From positions 1,248,001 to 1,312,000 of the forward strand of contig OY782391.1 in the NCBI GenBank assembly GCA_963677745.1: DNA of 64,000 bases, read 5' to 3'. The translations under genes and the position numbers were made by a program. This DNA is from Candidatus Altimarinota bacterium (GTDB lineage Bacteria; Patescibacteriota; Gracilibacteria; UBA1369). A model generated the notes under the pieces. It was given only the letters and a program-made list of their open reading frames with translations. It was not told where the DNA came from and did no database searches. How positions within the stretch are numbered: the first letter of the stretch is position 1; every line of letters begins with the position of its first letter. Below, piece after piece: positions 19,908 through 29,958 of this stretch.

Positions 19908-21929
19908 ATGAAAAAAATTAATAAAATATTCCTTGCTACCTTGCTGTTTGTATTATCAATTTCCATCGCTTTTGCGGACGGTGCCGGTCAGTGGCCAAAT
20001 ACAACTTCACCAGTACCAATGCAACTAATGCAGGAGGCCAATAGTACAGGTACCTACGGAGTCCGCACTTCCGATGGTAACTACATTATTGCCATGCAAA
20101 ACTATACCGGAATCAGTGCGCAGAAAATCGATTCCAGTGGAAATAAACTTTGGGGTGTCGGTGGAGAACCTGTTACTGTCACTGATCCGGCTGGTTGGTT
20201 TACGGAAATAGTTGCAGATAATGATGGGGGCGCTTTCATTACTTATACAAACATCAATACGCAGAATGTAGCAAGAATTGACAGCAGTGGAACGGTGCTC
20301 TGGCGTAGTGGTGATTTTGAACCGGGTAATTCAATAGAAAATTGGGGAAAAATTCTTCACGATGGAAATAATGGTGTTTACGTCTCGTGGCTTGGACACG
20401 ACTCAAACAATGATGTAGTCAGGGAAGTCACGCATTTGGGCCCGGACGGAAATGTGTGTACTATTGCCACTTGCGGTATCGATTGGAACAACGGAGGAAC
20501 TGGCACATTCAAGCCCGTAACTTTGCCAAAACCAGCCGGGGATGGAGTATGGCATTATCAGGCCAGGCTAATTCCTTCGGATTTGGGCAGTTTAATAGTG
20601 GTATACGGTGATTACTCGCCACGAGATAACGTTTATGCGACAAAATTGAATACCAACGGAACCTTCGCCTGGAACGCTCTTGATTATCGAATGATTGATG
20701 ACACCTACAACATTAGCTCTAATTCTTTCGCGGCAGAATCTGATGGAAGTAATGGAGTATATATCGGGTATCGGGTTAGCGACGGTACCAATGATTATTT
20801 AAAACTTGTTAAAATCAACTCGTCCGGAACCTTTACGCTTGGCACTGTTAACGGTGGGTCTGCCGAGGGAGTAGTGGTCAAGACTCTTGACAGAGCAATA
20901 GCATACATAGGTAATGATATGGTTAGTACTTCAGACGGCAATGGAAATTTATATTTGGGATGGAATGAACGGGATGTGGCAAGCGGTGTCTACGACACTT
21001 ATGTCCAAAAATTCAACAGTTCAGGTGTCGAACAATGGACCGCGGGTGGTAAATTATTGGGTACAATTGGTGATGATGTGGAAGACTCTTTCTGGAGCGA
21101 TACGATTAATATTCCTCATTCAATAGTCACAGACGGAAGTGGGGGAGCCATCATTGCCACCTCTAGATACAGTAATACTATTACCGAGGCAGTTGCCATG
21201 CAAAGAGTTTTAAGCAATGGAAGTCTGGACTGGGGAAGCGGATATATTGTTACAGCCGATATTGAAAATCATCAGGATGAATATCCGGATCTTGTTAGTG
21301 ATGGTACCGGAGGAGCTGTAGTTTCTTTCGTGCATATTGATGCTGATTGGAATTATTTTAGTAACGCTCAATATGTTAAAACAGCAGCTGCCGGAGGAGG
21401 TTGTGGGGCGGGTCCCGGTGAGACCTGTGGAGAGATCACCATCGGCTGTAACCTGGCAGGAACAATTTCCATCAGCAATATTACGCCGGAGGCCACTTTT
21501 GAACCCCGCTATACCAACTTCTATCAGGATGCTACCAACGCACCACTGGAAAGTAACATCCAGGTGGACATAACTGATACACGCGGTTATGGAAGTTGTG
21601 GCGATGCCTCAACATTATCAATACAAAGCAGCGGATTGGCTCTGGGAGCTTCCACACTGGAACTGAGTCTTGGCACTGCTTTGACGCAGGGAAACATCAG
21701 CTGTCCGGACGACAACTGTGTACCTGATTCAGCCCATCTTTCAGATGTAGCCACAACCCCCGGAGCAACGGGCAGCATTTCCACCGGTGCAGACGTGTTG
21801 AATCTTTCTGAAGGCTTTGACGGTACAATCAGGCTGCAATTAAGCGGTAATAACCTGGAGGTGGTAAAACCGCTGGAGCCGATCAGCAAAGGTGATTATG
21901 TCGGAGATATCACTTTCACTCTAATCTAA
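19908..21929 (+). CDS. secreted surface protein 4 (one propeller-like block + WxL-like cassette)
   Basis: 673 aa; signal peptide ending AFA; N-terminus GQWPNTTSP is paralogous to protein 2. Confidence 0.85.
   Translation: MKKINKIFLATLLFVLSISIAFADGAGQWPNTTSPVPMQLMQEANSTGTYGVRTSDGNYIIAMQNYTGISAQKIDSSGNKLWGVGGEPVTVTDPAGWFTEIVADNDGGAFITYTNINTQNVARIDSSGTVLWRSGDFEPGNSIENWGKILHDGNNGVYVSWLGHDSNNDVVREVTHLGPDGNVCTIATCGIDWNNGGTGTFKPVTLPKPAGDGVWHYQARLIPSDLGSLIVVYGDYSPRDNVYATKLNTNGTFAWNALDYRMIDDTYNISSNSFAAESDGSNGVYIGYRVSDGTNDYLKLVKINSSGTFTLGTVNGGSAEGVVVKTLDRAIAYIGNDMVSTSDGNGNLYLGWNERDVASGVYDTYVQKFNSSGVEQWTAGGKLLGTIGDDVEDSFWSDTINIPHSIVTDGSGGAIIATSRYSNTITEAVAMQRVLSNGSLDWGSGYIVTADIENHQDEYPDLVSDGTGGAVVSFVHIDADWNYFSNAQYVKTAAAGGGCGAGPGETCGEITIGCNLAGTISISNITPEATFEPRYTNFYQDATNAPLESNIQVDITDTRGYGSCGDASTLSIQSSGLALGASTLELSLGTALTQGNISCPDDNCVPDSAHLSDVATTPGATGSISTGADVLNLSEGFDGTIRLQLSGNNLEVVKPLEPISKGDYVGDITFTLI
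21402..21929 (+). repeat. 528-bp constant C-terminal cassette, copy 4
   Basis: See copy 1. Confidence 0.95.
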
Positions 21930-21952
21930 TCTGGAAAGTAATTACAGATATC

Positions 21953-21983
21953 AAAACAGCCCCGCCGTACGGCGGGGCTGTTT
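21953..21983. terminator. terminator between surface protein 4 and the convergent nusG
   Basis: Same hairpin as 12888-12919. Confidence 0.9.
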
Positions 21984-21996
21984 ATTTTAAATTCTG

Positions 21997-22542
21997 TTAT
22001 TTCTTCCTTACCTGCATGAAATCCAGTTCGATTGGCGTTTCGCGTCCAAAAATCGAGATCAGTACTTTTACCTTTCCTTTTTCTTCATCAACTTTGTTCA
22101 CCAGGCCGTCATAGTTAACAAAAGGGCCGTCCAGAATCATCACATGGTCGCCCACGCTGAAGTCAATCTTGAACTTGGCATCCTGTTCGCCCATCTGCTT
22201 CTTGACTATATTAAACTCATCCGGAGAAACCGGAACAGGCACATTCCCTGCACCCACGAATCCCGTAACATTTGGAGTATTTCTTACCACATACCAGGAT
22301 TCATCGGTAACCGTCATATCCACCAATACATATCCAGGGAAAATGCGCTTCTTTTCCGTGACCGGTTCACCCTTCTTGATCACGATTTGGGTTTCTTTGG
22401 GAACAACCACGTCAAAAATGTAGTCGTGCATGTTCAGTGAGTCAATTCTCTGCTTGAGAGCTTCAGCCACTGCGTCCTCGTATCCGGAGTAGGTATGAAT
22501 CACATACCAGTGTCTTCCTGTGTTTTCCGCTTGTCTGCCCAT
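21997..22542 (-). CDS. nusG: transcription termination/antitermination factor NusG
   Basis: WYVIHTYSGYE, FPGYVLV, VRNTPNVTGFVG, KOW domain GPF...IFGRETP. Confidence 0.99.
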   Translation of the reverse strand: MGRQAENTGRHWYVIHTYSGYEDAVAEALKQRIDSLNMHDYIFDVVVPKETQIVIKKGEPVTEKKRIFPGYVLVDMTVTDESWYVVRNTPNVTGFVGAGNVPVPVSPDEFNIVKKQMGEQDAKFKIDFSVGDHVMILDGPFVNYDGLVNKVDEEKGKVKVLISIFGRETPIELDFMQVRKK

Positions 22543-22559
22543 GTGATTGTTTTATAACT

Positions 22560-22778
22560 TTATAATTTTGTCGTCGCTGCCAAATCCAGAAGCTGATTGT
22601 ATCCGAAATTGAGTCCCCAGTCCAGGAGTCCCACGAATGCCGCAAAAGCCAGACAGAAAGCCAAAACAATCACTGTTAGACGTACCGCCTTTTTGCCGGT
22701 TGGCCAGGTTACGCGCTTCAGCTCCATCACGCTTTCCACTGCATAATTAACGACGGGATTAGGTTTCTTTTCAGTCAT
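22560..22778 (-). CDS. secE: preprotein translocase subunit SecE
   Basis: ELKRVTWPT motif plus one TM; directly upstream of nusG; ATG at 22778. Confidence 0.95.
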   Translation of the reverse strand: MTEKKPNPVVNYAVESVMELKRVTWPTGKKAVRLTVIVLAFCLAFAAFVGLLDWGLNFGYNQLLDLAATTKL

Positions 22779-22897
22779 AATTGAATAAACCAATAAGTAA
22801 AAGCAGCAAAATTTAAACAAAAAAGAGCGGATTAATCAAGAACTTTTGAAAAAAAAGCCAATTTTTGCTAAAATTTATAGATAAACCATGCCTTGAA

Positions 22898-23965
22898 ATG
22901 AATAAAAAAACAAAACTACCGGAAAAATCCGCATCTGTAATGAAAATATTCAGCAATTCTCTTATCTTCATAGGACTGTTGCTTTTTATTTTCCAGGTTG
23001 TCACTGCTCAGAGCCTTCCCGTTCCCGATGTCGGTAACTACGGGGGAATGGTGCAGAATCCCGGCAACGTGACTTTTGATACAGGCTTTGCCACTCTCGT
23101 TGTGGGGCTGGTTATGAATATCCGTTATCTGCTTACGGCCGTAGCCATTGCGCTGATGCTGTTTGCCGGATTCAAGATGGTTACTTCACAGGGCAAGGAG
23201 GAAGCCTGGACTCAGGCCAAGGCCACCATGGTCTGGTCGATCATCGGATTGGCATTGGTTGGACTGTCCGGAGAGATCGTCAGAATCTTTGCGGTTGGGA
23301 AATGCGCCGAACTGGGGATGTTACCTTCGTCCAACAACGTCGGTTGTATAGAAGGAGGCTTTCTGAAAAACCCTCAGTCCATTATTCAGAGAACCACCAT
23401 CTTTAATAAATCGGTTCAGTATATAATCACCTTTTTGAAATATTTAATCGGCTCGGTAACGATCCTGATGCTGGCCAGAAACGCCATTCGTATGGCTTCC
23501 AATACCGGAGGCGACGAACTGGAAAAAGACAAGAAAAACATCGTGGCCAGTTTGCTTGGCCTGATGCTGATAATCATTGCCGACCCCATCATCAACAATG
23601 TCTTTTTCTCCATTGATAAAACCCGTTACCCCAGTGTGGGCGGAGCAGTGGTCAGTGTCAATTATGCCCAGGGAGTCGGGGAAATAATTGGTTTTACCAA
23701 CTTTTTGGTTACCATTATCACCCCTATTGCCATCCTGGTGGTGCTGGCCGGAGGGATCATGTACATGACTTCCGGTGCCAACGCCGAAAACCAGAAGAAA
23801 GCCACTAAAATGATTACACTCGCCTTGATTTCGCTGGTCTTGATTTATGGAGCCTTTGCCATAGTTTCCACAATAATCAGCGGCCAGTTTGACGCTAATG
23901 CGCCGACCACCAACCCCGCTTCCATTGTGGAAGGCCAGGGACAAGTAACACAAACCAATGTCTAA
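22898..23965 (+). CDS. membrane protein with three tandem VirB2/TrbC-like (T4SS pilin) hairpins
   Basis: Three units of hydrophobic helix - G..M.TS.G..E...AK..I..S/AIIGL - hydrophobic helix; ATG 22898 follows a TGCTAAAAT extended -10. Confidence 0.75.
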   Translation: MNKKTKLPEKSASVMKIFSNSLIFIGLLLFIFQVVTAQSLPVPDVGNYGGMVQNPGNVTFDTGFATLVVGLVMNIRYLLTAVAIALMLFAGFKMVTSQGKEEAWTQAKATMVWSIIGLALVGLSGEIVRIFAVGKCAELGMLPSSNNVGCIEGGFLKNPQSIIQRTTIFNKSVQYIITFLKYLIGSVTILMLARNAIRMASNTGGDELEKDKKNIVASLLGLMLIIIADPIINNVFFSIDKTRYPSVGGAVVSVNYAQGVGEIIGFTNFLVTIITPIAILVVLAGGIMYMTSGANAENQKKATKMITLALISLVLIYGAFAIVSTIISGQFDANAPTTNPASIVEGQGQVTQTNV

Positions 23966-25025
23966 AACACCCATACATCCGAGTAAAAAAATTGGTCAGA
24001 CAGTCATGCTGGTCTTAGTGGCGGTCGGACTATTCTGCTCCTCACTGCCTCTGACTCTGGCCGTAGATCCCGCACCCGCTTCCACTGTCACTCCTTCCTC
24101 CAGTCAACCCGCCTCCGGTGCCAATTCCACCACCACGCCCACCGGCGGCATCAGTTCGGTTGTCCGACAGGTCGGGGGGACAACCAGCCTGCCCGACTAT
24201 GGCAGCGGCCATGCCAGCCAGAATTACCGCCCCGGTGCCTCGCAGCTGACCAGTACGGTTTATTATATTCTGGACTTTTTTAAGTACATTTTAGGCGGTA
24301 TCGCCGTCCTGATGATAGTAATTTCGGGCATCAAACTGATTTTGTCTGCCCGCAGCGTCCAGGATGTGATGAGCCGCGAGAAGGAAACTCTCCGTTTTGC
24401 CTTTTCCGGCCTGCTCATAATCTTACTGGCCGATTCCATTATTCGTAATGTCTTTTTCGGAGAAGAAGGCGAAATTTACCGTACGGGCACGGATATGACA
24501 ATGGCCGCCACACAGGGGGAAAAACTGGCCCTGGGCGTGACCGGCATGCTCAGAATATTTATCCCTTCCATCGCTATTCTTTTCTTTGTCATCGCCGCTT
24601 ATCGGTTGATGATTTCGCGTGGAGAGCCGGAAGCCCAGAAAAAAGCCCAGACCCAGATAACCTGGTCTATTATCGGTATAATTCTGGCAGGACTTTCCGA
24701 AATTGTGGTCTTCCAGATTCTTTTTCCCAAGCAGGGTACCACCATTCCCGATGCCCAGGCTTTTGCCCGCCAAATGGTGACCATGACCAACTGGGTGACG
24801 GGCTTCATATCGACCATCGCAGTCACCATGCTGATTTACGCAGGTTATCTCTATGTCACTTCCTTGGGAGGCGAGGGGATCCAGAAGGCCAAAACTGTCA
24901 TGATTGGAGCGATTGTCGGCTTGCTGATATCAATGGCTGCCTTTGGACTGGTTAATACTTTCGTAAAATTGGAACCACTTACCAGTAGCACCACAACCCA
25001 GGAAATACCCGTTCCCACCGGCTAA
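23958..25025 (+). CDS. second protein with three tandem VirB2-like pilin hairpins
   Basis: Signal peptide, S/T/P linker, units such as MLIYAGYLYVTSLGGEGIQKAKTVMIGAIVGLLI. Confidence 0.75.
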   Translation: MSKTPIHPSKKIGQTVMLVLVAVGLFCSSLPLTLAVDPAPASTVTPSSSQPASGANSTTTPTGGISSVVRQVGGTTSLPDYGSGHASQNYRPGASQLTSTVYYILDFFKYILGGIAVLMIVISGIKLILSARSVQDVMSREKETLRFAFSGLLIILLADSIIRNVFFGEEGEIYRTGTDMTMAATQGEKLALGVTGMLRIFIPSIAILFFVIAAYRLMISRGEPEAQKKAQTQITWSIIGIILAGLSEIVVFQILFPKQGTTIPDAQAFARQMVTMTNWVTGFISTIAVTMLIYAGYLYVTSLGGEGIQKAKTVMIGAIVGLLISMAAFGLVNTFVKLEPLTSSTTTQEIPVPTG

Positions 25026-25158
25026 ACGGCTTAAAACAGAATAAAAGTTTGCAGTAGTCAACAGAATTTCCCGCCATCAACTTGGAAACGCCTCTTCCAT
25101 TTTGGTCCTTTTGGCTGAAACATGGTATAATTTAAAGATTCAAATTACACCAAACACT

Positions 25159-28100
25159 ATGTTTGCCAACAAAAACAAAAAACTCGCCGTGGCTCTACTG
25201 GGACTGATCTTCCTGGTGCAGGGAATTACCATGATCTTTCCTTCCACCGCTCGGGCGGACTCCGGCCAGGACTTTCTGCAATTTATGGGCTGTGACGACA
25301 AGAACGGCGACGGCAGTCTGAATTTCTTTGATGACTGTACGTCCGGAGGAAGCACTCCCGGCCAGGTCACCTCTTTCATTACCTTCAAAGGAGATCTTAC
25401 TCCGCCCAACACGGAAGGCTATGCTGCCGGACTGACTCAGGCTACGGACGCCCGTACTTTCATACTGCGTGTGACCAACTTCGCCCTGGGTTTTCTGGGT
25501 CTGATTGCCGTTTTGATTGTAATCTATGGCGGCTTTTTGTCCGTCATATCCGCCGGTGACGCCGAAAAGGCCAAAAAAGGCCGGAGTGCTATTACTTATG
25601 CCGCAATTGGTCTGTTGCTGGTGATGGGATCTTTTGCCTTAGTCAACACGATCCTGCTGGCTCCCGGAGGAAAAGGGGAAACCAGCGGCGCCCAGTCCGC
25701 TCTCAACAACAGTACAATCCGCGGAGTGGCAGGAGCTCAGCGTTTCAATTATCTGGCTTCCCAGATCGAGGACATCATGGTTCAGGTCTACAAAAGTTAT
25801 CAATTCCACCTGTCCGCCAAACAACAGCTCGAAAATGGACAGGCCGCCATCAACTCCTATAACGAATCAAGCTGCGTAGTCCCGATGAGCAGCTGCGTCA
25901 GCGCCTTCAGAACACTTACCACTAGTCAGGTAATAATTCTGCGCAACCTGGTCAATCTGCCCGACGCCAACGTCAAATTCAATACGAACATGACCAAACT
26001 GATCAATGACATCAATACTTTGATCAACAACGGTGGTGACGGAGCCAAAAGTCTCTCGGCCATCGCCGCCTATAGTCTGGCCGAAGGCTGCGATGATTCG
26101 GAAAACACTTTTGCCGATACCAACCCCTGCAAAGACAGCCAGAAACAGAAAATTATTAATGATATAAACGTTTTAAAGGGAGCGATAACCGCAAAAATCG
26201 CCGGAGCAGGTGCCTTCCTTTCCGAAAGTTACAAAATTGACTTGGACTCGGCTGCCCAGAAAACAGCTGCTGTCTATCAGACCGTCAAAGGTCTCGCTAG
26301 TAACATGATAGGTCAAAAATACTTTACGGATCTCATTAAAGTTTTTGTGGGAAATCAAAGTGCGACTGATGTGACGACAGCCTTTGCGGGTAGTGCGTAC
26401 GAGGCGGAATGGAAGTCCATGACTCCTTTTCTTAAGATTGATGGAATTAACAACAGTGCTTCTCTCTCCACTCTCGGACAGGACAACATCAAATTGATTT
26501 TAAAGAGCTTGATGGAAATCAGGTCACTTTTGACCAATCTGCAGTTTGTGAATGCCATCGTCAGCGCGGATGTGGTCCAGGGTAACGCACCATTGATCGT
26601 CAATTTCTCCAGCGTTGGATCCACCGATCCTTCCGGTTTCACTATTACAGATTCACAGATCAAATGGGATTTGAACGGCGACGGAGTATTCTCCGGAGAC
26701 AACGGTGCCTTATCCGCCACTTCCGGCAGCAAAGAGGAAGGGTACATGAACTGTCCTGAAAACCTCAAGGCTACCGCCAGCTGTATCTTCACCAAAGCCG
26801 GTACCTACCGGGTAACTCTCAAGATCAAACCAAAAAGCGATCCCAAGGCTTTGGATCCTGCTACAGGTCTCAGCTGGGAACAGGAGGTTGCTCCTGGAAT
26901 TTCCTATATCGACGTTCTGGTCAATCCTCCCGCCACCAAGATCAACCTGGAGGTTGGTCCCAAGTCCGGTCCGATGCGTACCATCATTAAGTACAGTGAA
27001 ACTACCGGTACTATTCAGGAGGATCATGACAAAATTTATTTTACTCTGGCGGAAGCAAAGGCAGGTTTGAAATTTGATGCCACCAAGTCCACTTTTTCCG
27101 ACGGGTCCACCTCCATTAATGGAGACATAAATACAAAAGTACGTTGGAATTTCGGGGTCCCTTCTCCCAACAACGATATTTATCAGGTGGCTTCCGATGG
27201 GAGTCTGGCACCTTTGGAACAGGCTTATAGCGCCGTGGGCAGTTATCAGGTCAGATTCGAGGTTATGGACAAGAACGGTGTCATTGACCGCAAGATCTTC
27301 ACAGTAGTTATTTCCAACGTGGCTCCGCGTATTACCAATCCGCCGGTCAGCGGGGAAGTAAACAAGGAAATTATTTTTGACGGATCGAATTCCACCAGCA
27401 GCGGCGGACCAATGATTTTCAATTGGAGTATTGAGAAAATCCCCGTCGGACAATTGACGGCCTATATCCGGTCTTCAGACAACTGGGTTGCGCGTAGCGC
27501 TCATGCGGCTTTGGTGGATCCAAACAAAACTCTTAGTGAGGCCGGGGCAGTCAGTGCGGCGGCCAGTCAGGTTTTACCGGTCAAGACGCTGGAACCCAGC
27601 AAACGCTCGGAAAGCAACTCTTATTATGACTGCAGCATGCCCGAAGGGAAAGACGACACACTGAAATGCAACTTTAAAAAAGCAGGAACCTACAAAGTGA
27701 CGCTCTATCTGGATGACGACGGTGAAGCACAGGATGAATCTACCATCATCACGATCAATTCCACTTCTCCAACCGCTTCCTTCCGGGCAACCAGAATAAC
27801 CGATGCTTCCCCGGCACTTTATCGTCTGGATGGAAGTAATTTCAGTTTTGATCCGGATGAGAAAGATAATTCCAATCTGGAGTACAGCTGGGAATTCAAT
27901 CCCAACAATTGCGTATTGGTTGGCTTTGCAGACGAGAATACGGAAGCCGATCTTACCAATGCCTACTCGGCCCAGACCCCCTGTGAAAGCCTAAAACCTT
28001 TCAGTGCTAAGAGTGGACAGCCTGTGGTCAAATTCACGCAGAAAGGGAATTTCACGGTAAGTCTGGTAGTCAGAATGATTGATGAGCCGAATCTGATCTC

Positions 28101-29952
28101 AGAATCATATGAACAAACACTGGTAATTGACAATATTCTGGATGTGACCTGGGGCGAAATGAAACCCAGTAACGTTTTACAGGTGACAGGAGGCGTTGCC
28201 GGTGCGGATCAGTTGCCGTCTGAGGTCAACACTACTCCGGTTGCCCCCATAACTTTCATCTTCAACAGTTCCCAGGCGATCAGTTACGATCTGGACTTCG
28301 GCGACGGAATCAATGAAAGCGGCGAAATGTCTATGGAAATTCCAAAGGAGGTGGTGCATCAGTATACGGCCACAGGTAAATACACCGCCAAACTAAGCGT
28401 CTTTGACGCGGATGATGTAGAAAATTCCATATCCAGAAAAATCTTTATCGGTGACGGAAAATCTCCGGTATCGATAGTAACAACCCTGGTCGACGGTTCG
28501 GAAGTGGAACCGCAGGATCTGGAGATGGAGGACGGTAAAACTCTCGAAAACGTGGTCGTGGTCAACCGTAAAAACAACCTTACTTTTGATGCCGTAAAAT
28601 CTCTGAATACCGACGGCACTTCCCGCCGGCTCAAGTATTCCTGGAATATCAACAACAACGAAAAGCAATCTACCAACAAACAGATTGCCTATAATTTCAG
28701 CCAGATTTCAGAGAACGGCCAACCCTATCCGGTAAAACTGAAAGTAACCAATGAAAAAGATGCCACCCAGGTCAGTGAGGATTCCGTAAACATTCTGGTG
28801 GTAGGGGAGCAGCCGACACTTCGCTCTCTCACAGCTGTACCGGACGGCCTGGAACAAACAACTCCGGTCAATGTTAAATTGACTGCGGTCGGCGCACAGG
28901 ATACCGACGGACAAATTGTTCAATACAAATGGTGGTATTATCCGGCCAACAACCCGCCATCTTCGGACGAGCGGCTCGGCCTGCAAATTACAGCTGTTCC
29001 AACTGCTGTCCTGACTATCGGGACACGTGGAATAGAAGGAGAAAAACCAACCTATAAATTCGGTGTGGAAATGACCGATAACGATAACCTGACGGTTTCC
29101 ACCGACAGCCAGAACGATGACCAGAAATTAAATCTGATCGCACCGCAGGTGCAGGTTACCAATGGCCCAAATAAAGCTCCGGTAGCCAGATTTACTGTAG
29201 ATAGGACCTCAGTACAGGTGGGAGAAATGGTAAATTACGCCTCCTCTTCGTTTGATCCGGATACCGGCGGCGGAATCAAAGAATACAAATGGGATTTCGG
29301 TGACGGCAGCAAAGGTGAAAACAAAGCCAGTGTCAGTCATGCGTATCAGAAAGCCAATGTTGACGGATACAAAGTCAAGCTGACGGTGGTCGACAGTAAC
29401 TCCAGCGAAGCCACCTCTGATCCTGTTAAAATCTATGTCGATGCGCAGGCCGAACCACCCGTGGCCAGTTTCACCTCACAGCAGCAAAGCGGTGCCAAAA
29501 CGGTCAAGTTTACCAACACCTCTACTGCCGATGAAGCGGCCGGAGCAGCCATTAAAAAATACTCCTGGGATTTTGACGTTAGCCTGGACTCCAACGGTGA
29601 CGGCAAAAAAGACAATGATATTGATTCCGGGGAATCCAATCCCACTTACACTTATCCCAATTATGGCATATACAGAGCCAAGCTGACCGTGGAAGACAAC
29701 CAGGGGCAGGTACGTTCCATCACCAATTTCGTAAACGTAAAACCGGCGGTGCCCGCCACTGTCAGCAGCACCGGAGGAGGGGTGAGAATAGCCCAGGGGG
29801 AATTCGATTCGGCCGTCAAATCTGCCGGAGCCAATCTCTTCGAAGCCAGTCACAAAGTTGACACAGGATTACTTGCCGGAAGTGTTGGAGCTTATGCTAT
29901 ACTCTGGTTAATTTCACAAAGAAAACAAAAAGCCACTACCAAAAATAAATAG
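25159..29952 (+). CDS. pilin-domain / multi-PKD surface protein with C-terminal membrane anchor
   Basis: N-terminal pilin unit (IVIYGGFLSVISAGDAEKAKKGRSAITYAAIGL); helical region; many PKD motifs (WDFGDG, GxYxVxL); DxNGDG loops; C-terminal TM + basic tail; ATG 25159 follows TGGTATAAT (25123). Confidence 0.85.
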   Translation: MFANKNKKLAVALLGLIFLVQGITMIFPSTARADSGQDFLQFMGCDDKNGDGSLNFFDDCTSGGSTPGQVTSFITFKGDLTPPNTEGYAAGLTQATDARTFILRVTNFALGFLGLIAVLIVIYGGFLSVISAGDAEKAKKGRSAITYAAIGLLLVMGSFALVNTILLAPGGKGETSGAQSALNNSTIRGVAGAQRFNYLASQIEDIMVQVYKSYQFHLSAKQQLENGQAAINSYNESSCVVPMSSCVSAFRTLTTSQVIILRNLVNLPDANVKFNTNMTKLINDINTLINNGGDGAKSLSAIAAYSLAEGCDDSENTFADTNPCKDSQKQKIINDINVLKGAITAKIAGAGAFLSESYKIDLDSAAQKTAAVYQTVKGLASNMIGQKYFTDLIKVFVGNQSATDVTTAFAGSAYEAEWKSMTPFLKIDGINNSASLSTLGQDNIKLILKSLMEIRSLLTNLQFVNAIVSADVVQGNAPLIVNFSSVGSTDPSGFTITDSQIKWDLNGDGVFSGDNGALSATSGSKEEGYMNCPENLKATASCIFTKAGTYRVTLKIKPKSDPKALDPATGLSWEQEVAPGISYIDVLVNPPATKINLEVGPKSGPMRTIIKYSETTGTIQEDHDKIYFTLAEAKAGLKFDATKSTFSDGSTSINGDINTKVRWNFGVPSPNNDIYQVASDGSLAPLEQAYSAVGSYQVRFEVMDKNGVIDRKIFTVVISNVAPRITNPPVSGEVNKEIIFDGSNSTSSGGPMIFNWSIEKIPVGQLTAYIRSSDNWVARSAHAALVDPNKTLSEAGAVSAAASQVLPVKTLEPSKRSESNSYYDCSMPEGKDDTLKCNFKKAGTYKVTLYLDDDGEAQDESTIITINSTSPTASFRATRITDASPALYRLDGSNFSFDPDEKDNSNLEYSWEFNPNNCVLVGFADENTEADLTNAYSAQTPCESLKPFSAKSGQPVVKFTQKGNFTVSLVVRMIDEPNLISESYEQTLVIDNILDVTWGEMKPSNVLQVTGGVAGADQLPSEVNTTPVAPITFIFNSSQAISYDLDFGDGINESGEMSMEIPKEVVHQYTATGKYTAKLSVFDADDVENSISRKIFIGDGKSPVSIVTTLVDGSEVEPQDLEMEDGKTLENVVVVNRKNNLTFDAVKSLNTDGTSRRLKYSWNINNNEKQSTNKQIAYNFSQISENGQPYPVKLKVTNEKDATQVSEDSVNILVVGEQPTLRSLTAVPDGLEQTTPVNVKLTAVGAQDTDGQIVQYKWWYYPANNPPSSDERLGLQITAVPTAVLTIGTRGIEGEKPTYKFGVEMTDNDNLTVSTDSQNDDQKLNLIAPQVQVTNGPNKAPVARFTVDRTSVQVGEMVNYASSSFDPDTGGGIKEYKWDFGDGSKGENKASVSHAYQKANVDGYKVKLTVVDSNSSEATSDPVKIYVDAQAEPPVASFTSQQQSGAKTVKFTNTSTADEAAGAAIKKYSWDFDVSLDSNGDGKKDNDIDSGESNPTYTYPNYGIYRAKLTVEDNQGQVRSITNFVNVKPAVPATVSSTGGGVRIAQGEFDSAVKSAGANLFEASHKVDTGLLAGSVGAYAILWLISQRKQKATTKNK

Positions 29953-29958
29953 ACCAAT

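Noticed and set aside
21370-21382. AATATGTTAAAAC promoter-like motif just upstream of cassette copy 4
   Set aside because: It lies within coding sequence (QYVKT), is absent before the other copies, and has no obvious downstream start; probably chance
5547-21889. Four near-identical 100-aa minus-strand ORFs (MLIG...PQLP)
   Set aside because: They are antisense by-products of the repeated cassette, with no independent start signals
5362-21929. Diversity-generating retroelement (TR/VR) explanation for the repeated C-termini
   Set aside because: There is no reverse transcriptase in the window, all four copies are coding ends, and the differences are not adenine-specific and are often synonymous
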